Assembly: GCA_964035545.1 (NCBI GenBank)
Contig: OZ037765.1
Location: forward strand, 5,528,698 to 5,592,697
Length of the DNA: 64,000 nucleotides
From: Bugula neritina
Taxonomy: Eukaryota; Animalia; Bryozoa
Direction of reading: 5' to 3'
Shown: piece after piece, positions 1 through 27,661 of the stretch
Numbering within the stretch: the first letter of the stretch is position 1
How the letters are laid out: each line of letters begins with the position of its first letter
Made by a program: the position numbers and the translations under genes
Notes under the pieces: generated by a model
Seen by the model: only the letters and a program-made list of their open reading frames with translations
What the model was told of the DNA's origin: nothing
The model's database searches: none

Positions 1-659
1 ACAGTAGCCAGCTATATAGCTGAGTCAAGCTGAGTCATTCTTGCTTTGCAATAAGAACTAGTGGCAGAATGGTGAAGTGAGCTCAGTCTAGTCCAAAAAA
101 ACATATCATATATACCACTTTTTAGTGACATACGATATTATATGTTATATGTGCACTAGTACACATGTAATGTAATAACACACTGTGTATGTAATATCAC
201 TAGTATATATTATGTATTATGTTAAATATAATATTATGTATATAATAATTATACATGTATACATATATATTATATTATAATATTATGTTATATGTTATAT
301 GTGACAGCAACCAACATAATCAAACTCAACATAGTATCAATAATTAACAAAATTATTGCACAAAACAACGAACAAGATGAAGGCAGAAAGACATTACAAT
401 AAGACATCTATGAATATTGAGAAGTGGTCAGCTGTAAACTAGCAAAATGAAAAGCAGTTTATAAGAATGTAAGCTGTTAACATAGGTAACAATACTGACA
501 TAAAAGGGAACGCAGCTAATTATATTATATCAATCACTTTGACAATTGAACCATTTATATATGTATGACTGTAGTTTTTATCTCCATCTGTGTGATGTAA
601 TAACTTTTGTGCTGTTTTCAGCTTTTTATAGGAGTTGTCATGCCTTGTAGAATAGCTTA

Positions 660-18046
<17,387 letters not shown>

Positions 18047-20012
18047 GATGAATATTGTGTGCTATTGAACCAACTCCGCTAACAGCTGAATATAGGTGGT
18101 GTGATGGCGTTGCTAAGCAGCACCATTTGCGAGAGTTCAATGATATATGGGCATCATCAAAAGATATAATCTTTTTTAAGTAGGGAATTTGGCTGCTTGG
18201 AGGATGCTTGTTGTATTTAAAACCAGAAAATCATTCAAACGTGTAACAAATGTAATGACTCAACCATGACCATTTTATTATGTTGAGCCATAACTCAATT
18301 TTAAGCTAGCTGTAATTTATTGCAAAACATAGCTCTAAGTAGATTTACTTTAGAAATTATGTGATATCTCGAAAACATAGGCTGTGTTGTTTTGGTGAAT
18401 ACAGTTGAGTGCCAGATAATGATAAAGCTACCAGTACTAATGACAATTTTGATTTATTTGTTAGGTTATAAAGCACTTGTCTGTCACAGCAAAATTATTT
18501 CTATAAATGCCTCAAATTACTTCCATGGGTTAATAAAACATTCAAACTGTTTGAAATGCTACGCTCAACTGAGTAAATAAAGCACTTACGTAAAAAACTT
18601 TAAACACGTTTTTTTGCCACGCCAAAAATGGAGTATTTCATAATGTTTGTTGTATAACTCAAAGGGTTATAAAACTGAAGATATGGTTATAGAGCAATCA
18701 TTGAAGTTGCCACTAGGAACTAAAAATAATATTTGTATCTTTCTATTGTATTATAAAGCTATCAAATGTTTGAATGTAAACGAGTTTAAAAGCAAATTTT
18801 GTTTCAATAAACTATGCTCAAAATTCAAAAGATTCAGAAGAAATCTTCTTAGTATAGATTCAATAGAAGATATATCAGTCAATATGGAGTGCCAAATGGT
18901 CAAAAATTGCTTATTATTGCATCTCATATGCTTATAATAAAGTATCTAACCATTATTCTCTCTCATATGCTCACAAAACGCTCTCATTGGTCTCATTATT
19001 TGCGCTCTTAGGTCTATTATTTGGTCTCATACTGTCATTATTCATTCCCATACCCTTATTTCTCTTCCTCTTATGTTCATTATTCAGTCCCATACCTCCA
19101 TTATGCACTCTCATACCCCTATTATTTGCTCTGTTATAGACATTATTCATTAATTCTCTTATGCTTATTATTCTCTCTCATACCCTTATTACTGTCTTGC
19201 TTTTGCGCCTGATTCTGACTCACTAGTATTTGTCACAATAGTTGAGTATATGCCAGTCTATTCGTGTCACACTACTAGGCTCCACCCCATTTATCAAATC
19301 TGATTGGATAACTGCAATGACACTAAGAGTAATAATAAATGTTGGGTGGGTGCTTAGGTTTAGTTAGCCATTCTTCATTCATAAGTATCAGTCTAGGAGT
19401 GAACAACATATACCAGCTAGATTCTTATCTCGATATTAACTGTTAAGCTAAACCACCCTTTGCAAATTTACAGATTGGTTGGGCTTTCGAGTTCCTATAA
19501 CTATTTAAACAGAATAGAGTTTGCTTTAAACTTCTAGTTTGTGATAGAATTGCTCACATTTTTATAAGTGGTGTTCAAAATGCAGCCTAGCAGTTAACAG
19601 ATAATTGTAGGTAAAAAATATTATTAAATAGATAGCTGACAAGCTAAATATTTGCTTTTTAATTCAATGCCAAAATGCTAAAATTAGCAGTTGGTTATTT
19701 TCACAAACCATTATTAAATTATGAGCTGCCAGTCGATTTTATATCAGGTTTCGTAAGTGTAACTGCCCGTCTAGATTGACATGAAGTTTCATACAGGTGT
19801 ATTTTTAGTGTAGTTTATTTTCCACCAAAGTTGTTCACACCATTTACACCGTGAAACTCTTTTACCTTTTCTAGGGGAGAGTTGATATAAGTAAGAAATA
19901 TTTTACGCCATGCAATTGTGAGAATAGCTAATATATGAAAGTAGATGTGAACATCTGAATATAACCCTGCCACCTAAGGGTTCTTACTGTTATGACCTGG
20001 TTAAGTGTCTAT

Positions 20013-20802
20013 CACCGGCTTTCCATGTACCGATCTCAGATCGATCTCGCTGAGATCGATCTGAGAAATGTGCTGATCAGATCGATCGTTTTTCCATGAG
20101 AGTGTCAGATCGATCTAGCGGAGTTGCCTCCTCTTAAGTGAAGAGTACTTTAATATTATATTTTTTAACCCACCTGGGTGATTCAAGCTAATGCTTTTGA
20201 AAAAACAAAATTTCCATAGTCTAAAATTCAGTGCCAGCTATAAACTCTACGCAGTAAAGCTTTTAGTAAGAAGTAATTTAGCCAACTTAAGATAATTCAT
20301 TTTAATATTTTAGTTTGACAGCTTATATAAAATTAATAGCTGTTGTGCAGATTATTCATAAACTTACAGGACTATTGGGCTTAAAAATAAGCAGCAAATA
20401 ACTAATGAAAGTAAGTTTTACTAGCCATTTAAATTCAATTTAAATGCTCCTACTTTTTCCACCTTCTACCGTCTATAATTTTATATAATTGAGTTTGTTT
20501 AATCATAGTACTGAAAGTCAAAGTTTTGGCATCTGAAAATGTGGCTATAGTAATTATTAAGTAATTTGCTTAGTAATTACCAATAAATTATCATTTTTAT
20601 TAGCGGCGACATTTTAGCGAACAGTCTTTTTCTATTTCTCAGATCGAACTTTCGTCTTTCCATGACCTTATTGCCTTGAGATCGATCTGAGTTCGAGCTC
20701 TACAGACCGACCAGCTCAGAACGACTGAGATCGATCTTTAGCGTCTTTCCATGGATCGATCTCAGCGAGATCGATCTGAGATCGGTACATGGAAAGCCGG
20801 TG
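20013..20802. mobile_element. 790-bp MITE with 49-bp perfect TIRs and GATC-rich subterminal repeats
   Basis: CACCGGCTTTCCATGTACCGATCTCAGATCGATCTCGCTGAGATCGATC at both ends (inverted), 3-bp TSD TAT; PIF/Harbinger-like by inference. Confidence 0.92.
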
Positions 20803-23361
20803 TATATCTGTTTTACTCAATATGTGAAAAGTTAAGGTATTTGTTTTCTTAGCCATCATTTTGAGTGCAATACTAGATAGAATGTGCTTGATTGTAAAGC
20901 AGTCAGCTAGTTGTTATAGTGAGTGCAGTCAGTGCAGAATAAAACATTTTACTCTTTCACATACATGCAATCCACCTTGGTTACACTTACTAGAATGGCC
21001 ATGAGGATAAAAACAGTAACATTTTAGTGTGAAAAGTGACAAAACAAGTGCTAAAAATATGAGAAAATTTAGTGACTCATTGCTGTTGAAATGTGTGACA
21101 ACACAAAGGCAGCGTGGCAATGTTTGTAAAATTTTATAATGGCTTTTGCGAATGATGATTGACCTAAATGAAATATTATAACAACAGGTTGAATTGCTCC
21201 ATGGTTACCTTTGTTGCTATCAATAAATTGGCAGCCAAGTGTCAGTAAGCTAACTAGGTAACGGAACTAAATTTATGAAATTTTATTATAATTATCAAAG
21301 ATGCTACAATAAATACAGCACAGCAGCCAAAAACTGTTCCAAGTAGCAAGTAGCAACAGTTTTATGATTTCAGTCTGAGTTTTTAGATTATAAATTATAT
21401 ATAGCTGCTATAATATAATAGCTATATATAATAGCCAGGTGCTTTTCCTTATAATATTAAGTATAATAGCCAGCTACTAATGCATGCCTTCCTATTAATA
21501 GCCATTGCTATCTTACTGATTATGTAAAATTGACTGTTACTCTGTGGTATTTCTGATTACATAATTTATATGAGGTGGGTTTTCATTGCGAAATGTAGGT
21601 AACTTGTAGCAAACATAATCCTGCGACACTCACCACGATGCTTCTGGTGTGAGGCAGCTATAGAGAATTGGTTATTTCAAATATTGCATTTATTATTTCA
21701 CTATTTTGCATAAAACAGTTACAACTCCTAAACTTCATTCTGTGCAATGCAGCCGTAAGCCTGTAACCAACCATTTTCTAATCATAGCACCAAAAAAATA
21801 AAAACAAACTTATATTGAACTGGTTCCAAAAGTATGAACCAGCTATATAAACCAAATTCATACTTGAGCTTATATTTACTATCATTCAATTTTTGTGGGA
21901 ACCTGGTATCAGTGAAAGTAAATTGAAACTTGAATGTAAACTTGGCTGCAAACTGTCAAAAGGTTATTGTTGATTAGTTTACAAAATATTACTATTTACT
22001 CAAATGAACCGATATTACATAATATTGCAAGAAAATACTTCTAATTTTTGTTGCTTCAAATCTATTGTATAGAATAATGCAGCAATAACCTCTGAAGCGT
22101 AAAACTTTTAAGAGTAACTACTTAAATGTGAAGCAGTAACTTATAGCAGTAATTAGCTCAAGTAAAATAGGAATTGCTTTAAAATATTCAGAGCTATTTT
22201 TGGACAGAGTTTCCCTTTTAAATTATGCTATTCTAAGATTATACTGTATGTAAGCACACGTACAATACTTTGACTGTCTAAGTCAGGCTGTTAAACATTT
22301 ATATATAAAATTATTTTTCTATGTATATAAATTGTAGAAGGAAAAACCTTACTGCAATTAATGCTTTATATCTACACATGCTAAGAAACGTGCAGCCTGT
22401 AATAGTTATTGGGACACCGTTGTGTAATGATTAATAGAAATTTGGGGTAAACTAACTTGAAAAAACCTGATGCTGTAGCCACAAGCTCAAACTGAATTTT
22501 ACAATTTGTGGCCTTCACATCAGAATATTCTAGTTCTTTAGCCCTTGCTCTGAAAAGCTTGGACACTCCTGATCTAAGCCCTAAGGTATTTTATTACTTT
22601 CCAAGACTAGCTTTTGCAAAAAATTGATTAGCTTTACATAATGACTCTCTAGATATTCAAGTTAGTTAAAAGATAGTTGTCAACAAACCATTTTGTTTAA
22701 GTATAGTAAGTTTAACCTAAACTTTAAAGGCATTCTACTACACATTTATAAATTACGCAAAAAATTAAATTTTGGCATTTAATATTGTAATTATCGTTTA
22801 ATGGAGAAAAATTATTTAGGGATTACCCCATTTTTATCAGACTAACTATTATTACTTTGGAGTTCTATTTTATTTATAGTCATTATTAACTGTAGCTTAT
22901 GTATTTAAAATTACTGAAAACTTCTGGAATTGCTTCTCTTGTGATTATCTTGCAAGTCTCAAATGACACAAACTAAGCCCATATTGTTTTTCTCATATAA
23001 CTAAGTTCTATAAGTTCTATAGATCTAGTTCTATAAGTATGAATTATTCATTTTATTAACTTTCAGAACTATTTTTTGTTACATCTATACAAGATTGAGA
23101 TTAAGATGAGAATCTTATATTTGCCACAATATAAAGTAGGTGCAGTAATGGAGATATTGGAAACCACATATAAGAATTTACTATACAACATACAACTATA
23201 CAACCATTAAAATCTAACAATTTTACTAAGTATTAGGAAATACTAACAGCTCTGTCTAACACTGTCAACAAACACAAAACACTAGTCAGTCCTTATCTAA
23301 CAGCTATATCCTTAGCTTTCTACGCTTCCAAATATGTTAGTAGTCAGTAAGGCTCATCTAA

Positions 23362-23410
23362 AGTTGCGTTTATACCTCTGCTGAAAAATCGTGAAGGTAT
23401 AAACGCAACT
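23362..23410. mobile_element. 49-bp miniature TIR element with TAA TSD (Harbinger/Tourist-like)
   Basis: TAA|AGTTGCGTTTATACCT-17 nt-AGGTATAAACGCAACT|TAA. Confidence 0.65.
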
Positions 23411-25730
23411 TAACAAAAGCTTCTAACAAAATGTTATTAAGGAGGAATTTTCTGTCAAAATCTCCATTTCTGCACCTAACTGCACAACATTCTAGTAAAA
23501 CTTGTTCACTCCTAGACTGATACTTATGAATGAAGAATGGCTAACTAAACCTAGGCACCCACCCAACATTTATTATTACTCTTAGTGTCATTGCAGTTAT
23601 CCAATCAGATTTGATAAATGGGGTGGAGCCTAGTAGTGTGACACGAATAGACTGGCATATACTCAACTATTGTGACGTGTACACAAATACTAGTGAGTCA
23701 GAATCAGGCGCAAAAGCAAGACAGTAATAAGGGTATGAGAGAGAATAATAAGCATAAGAGAATGAATAATGTCTATAACAGAGCAAATAAAAGGGGTATG
23801 AGAGTGCATAATGGAGGTATGGGACTGAATAATGAGCATAAGAGGAAGAGGAATAAGGGTATGGGAATGAATAATGACAGTGTGAGACCAAATAATAGAC
23901 CTAAGAGCACAAATAATAAGGGTATGAGAGCAAATTATAAACCAATGAGAGCGTTTTGTGAGCATATGAGAGAGAATAATGGTTAGATACTTTATTATAA
24001 GCATATGAGATGCAATAATAAGCAATTTTTGACCATTTGGCACTCCATAAGTCAACTCAATATATCAAACACTGCTTAACAATTACAACTTTATTACTGC
24101 TTAACTTTCAACCTTATATATTTATTTACTCATAATAAATTAGTTTTTGGAGTTTATACAGAACTGTGGTTTGTTTACAACAATGATTGATTGCTACACT
24201 TGAGCTGTTGAGCAACAATCTGACCAAGATTTTTCAAAAAACTTATTTTGAAGTTTTGGTTTTTTCAAGAACTTGTACTATTTGACCTGCAGGTGAATGT
24301 GATTTTGATAATCTTAAATATTGATTTTATTCTTAAAATTTAAGTTAAAAACAAGTAAACAGTTTTAGGGGCTTATAGCCACAGAATGCCTTTGTATTCC
24401 ATTTCAATGGATTACCAACTGTTCAAACTGTTACTGCTCAGATAATTGTATATTGTGATATATTTGTATACATGTGTGTCACATCCAAAAAGCTATACAC
24501 TTTTACTGTATACACTTTTAAACTTTATTGTGCTTATATATGACAGTTAACTATATAATAGAATAATGTATGCAAAGACATTGTGATTGTATCAGCATAA
24601 TAATTATGCTTTTTCTCATACATACTAATTCAAAACAATTATGTAATATTGTAAATTTTAAGCTAGGCTATTGCAAAACATAGCTCTAAGTAGATTTACT
24701 TTAGAAATTATGTGATATCTCGAAAACATAGGCTGTGTTGTTTTGGTGAACACAGTTGAGTTCCAGATAACGCAACAGTCATTTAATAAAGCTATTAGTA
24801 CTAATGATAATTTTGATTTATTTGTTAGGTTGTAAAACACTTGTACGTCACAGCAAAATTATTTCTATAAATGCATCAAACTATTTTTATGGGTAAATAA
24901 GACATTCAAACTGTTTGAGATGCTACGCTCAATTGAGTAAATAAAGCACTCGTGTAAGAAACTTTAAACAAGTTTTTTTGCCACGCCAAAAATAAAGTAT
25001 ATTTTATTATATTTGTTATGTAACTTAAAGGGTTATAAAACTGAAGATATGGTTGTAGAGCAATCATTGAAGTTGCTACTAGAAACTAAAAATAATATTT
25101 GTATCTTTCTATTTATCATAAAGCTATCCAACGTTTGTATGTAAATGAGTTTAAAAGCAAATTTGGTTTCAATAAACTATACTCAAAATTCAGAAGATTC
25201 AGGAGAAATCTTTTTAGTATAGATTCAATAGAAGATGTATCAGTCAATTTAATATATCAAATACTGCTTAACAATTACAACCTTATTACTGCTTAACTTT
25301 CAACCATATATATTTATTTATTTATTATTTACTTATAATAAATTAGTTTTTGGAGTTTATACAGAACTGTGATTTGTTTACAACAATGATTGATTGCTAC
25401 ACTTGAGCTGTTGAGCAACAATCTGACCAATTGTTTTCAATTTTTCAAAAAACTTATTTTGAAGTTTTAGTTTTTTCAAGAATTTGTACTAGTTGACCTG
25501 CAGGTGAATGTGATTTTGATATTCTCAAATATTGATTTTATTCTTTGAATTTAAGTTTAAAACAAGTAAAAAGTTTTAGGGGCTTATAGCCACAGAATGC
25601 CTCTGTATTCCATTTCAATTGATTACCAACTGTTCAAACTATTGCTGCTAAAGATAAATATAATTGTATATTGTGATATATTTGTATGTGTGTCACATCC
25701 AAAAATGCTATAGGCTACACTTTTACTGTA

Positions 25731-26787
25731 GGGGTAACAAGGGGGGGGCACAACGGTCATAGGGGTACAAAAAGCCGGCCAAATTGTGAGAGAACTTATT
25801 GACTTAAAGTTGTGACTTTTTTTCATAAAAAGGCATTGACATATAAATATTCAGTCATTGTAGTTTCAACGCTTGCGAAACATACGTGTTGAAAAGGCGA
25901 GTGAAAAACTGTTTTTACCTACTTTTTGTAAAATTTTCAAGATGTCGTTAAAGCTTTATAACTTTTTTCACTCAAAGGCAACAAGCCTAGACTTTACTGA
26001 TATTGTTTGCCATTGCTTGTCTCTACATTGCCTAACTAGTATAACAGCAAATTCTAAAATAAATTTTCCTTGAGGCACATTAATTATGTTAAATTTGGCT
26101 ACCCAGGGCACAATGGGCCACCTGATTATTGTACCCTGATAGCTGTTATTAGTTTGTTTGCCCAAAAAGTTAGTTGAAATGTTACTAAAATCTATAGATA
26201 GAGCCATTTCTGACCTTTTTGTAAAGTATCAAAGACATCATGGTAAGACTACAAAACTACAATGTGAAGCTCCCCTAATATATACATCTGGTGAGGTTAA
26301 AGCTTTGCTATTTATACATAATACAAAACATTCTGCTGTTGTTACTAGTAGATAGTCATGATATTTATTATACATTATATCGTTGAGGGAATATACATGT
26401 ATTTGACTAAAATAAATTGTGATTTGCTCATTCGCTCCCCCTCTCTCCTTTCCATACTCCAGCCACAAACCTCAGCCATGCACCTTAGCTACAGTCCATA
26501 GAAAAAGTCCACTCAGAACTTTGTAGTACATGTTACTAAAGTTTTTTCTCTGATACCGGTATCAGATGCTGGTACCGGGGCGCAATCGGCCGATTTTTTC
26601 GTCATGAAAATTTCATTATTCTGAAAGTTGTGAGAGATATAGAAACAACAAACTGATACTTGTAATAGACAACAGATGCAGAATTTAGACTGGAAATTAT
26701 TGAACTAGTAACTTGAAAAACACATGAATGAGAGCAAGAAATGCAAAATTCGGCCCGTTGTACCCCTCCCCCCATCCCCGTTACCCC
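25731..26787. mobile_element. 1057-bp non-autonomous Tc1/mariner(pogo)-type element
   Basis: TA|GGGGTAAC...GTTACCCC|TA; the empty site ACTGTATACAC is present in duplicate copy 1 (~24505). Confidence 0.85.
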
Positions 26788-27048
26788 TATACATTAACTT
26801 TTAAACTTTATTGTGCTTATATATGACAGTTGACTATATAATAGAATAATGTATGCAAAGGCATTGTATTTGTATCAGCATAATAATATGCTTTTTCTCA
26901 TACATACTAATTCAAAACAATTATGTAATCTTTCTGAATGGCAATTGTTATGTAATTGGACAGTTTCCAAGTTCAGAATTTTATATGATTCACAAATGCA
27001 GCAAACCTTACACAAATAATAAATTGTTAAGCTTTAGCATATTTTAAT

Positions 27049-27215
27049 CACCATCTTTCCTAGAATCAATCTCAGCGAGATCGATCCATGAAAAGACGAC
27101 AAAGATCGATTTCGGTTGATCTGAGCTGGTCAATCTGTGGAGATCAAACTCAGATCGATCTCATGTCAGAAATACAATGGAAAGATGTCAGATTGATCTG
27201 AGAATTAAAAAAATA
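27049..27215 (-). mobile_element. Degenerate terminal fragment of the GATC-rich MITE family
   Basis: Similar to the reverse complement of ~20630-20802 (GATCGATCCATG.AAAGACG...CTGAGCTGGTC...CTCAGATCGATCTCA). Confidence 0.75.
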
Positions 27216-27661
27216 CTCCTCTCTAAACTGTTGTGTGATCACCACCAGGAATGGGCTGGAAACTATGGTATAAACTTATCTAGTGGAATGAATATATTCA
27301 ATGACAAATTATCTAGATCAGTTATTATGAAGACAAAAGCCACAGACCTAAGCAACAAGTCTGATGCTGTGTTAAACTTAGTAATGATTAAAAATTGGTT
27401 CTGTTGTGATTCATTTATGAAAAATATTATATGTTGTGAAATATGAAAAACGCGGCCACAAAAGTTGAACGAAAAAAATCAGAAAAGACAATTTAAATGG
27501 TTGAGATTGAGTGGTGCAACACTCTGCTTATTAGGTGATATCCTTTAACTTTTTAGATTAAATAATTTTCAAAAATTGCATATTTTAGAGTAATTGGGGC
27601 AAAACTGCAAGTTTTCGCCAGGAAGCTAGTAAAAGTAACGTTGTGTAGAAAACCTTAACAT

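Larger units (their letters stand above)
18883..24049. mobile_element. 5167-bp non-autonomous DNA transposon with ~520-550-bp TIRs and a 6-bp TSD; IS3EU-like termini
   Basis: Ends TATGGAGTGCCAAATGG...CCATTTGGCACTCCATA; TIRs 18883-19406 and 23502-24049 with ~21-bp internal subrepeats; TSD AGTCAA (18877-18882 and 24050-24055). The empty site is visible in duplicate copy 2 (TCAGTCAATTTAAT, ~25241). TAY..RTA ends with a 6-bp TSD are the described IS3EU signature. Confidence 0.85.
18298..26928. repeat. Tandem duplication of a ~1.2-kb non-coding unit upstream of the cellulase, each copy interrupted by a different transposon
   Basis: Copy 1 = 18298-18882 + 24050-~24648; copy 2 = ~24654-25730 + 26788-26928. 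TTGCAAAACATAGCTCTAAGTAGATTTACTTTAG occurs at ~18320 and ~24671; CTGCTTAACAATTACAAC at ~24072 and ~25264. Confidence 0.9.

Noticed and set aside
22541-22571. hAT/Charlie-like terminus CAGGAGTGTCCAAGCTTTT on the minus strand
   Set aside because: No matching second end or 8-bp TSD found by eye.
18883-24049. Polinton/Maverick, given the long TIRs and 6-bp TSD
   Set aside because: Ends are TAT..ATA rather than AG-type repeats, the element is only 5.2 kb, and no pPolB, integrase or capsid remnants are visible; not fully excluded without a search.
23667-24055. Tyr/His/Asn-rich ORFs here and at 19021-19212
   Set aside because: Products of the 21-bp subrepeats in the TIRs.
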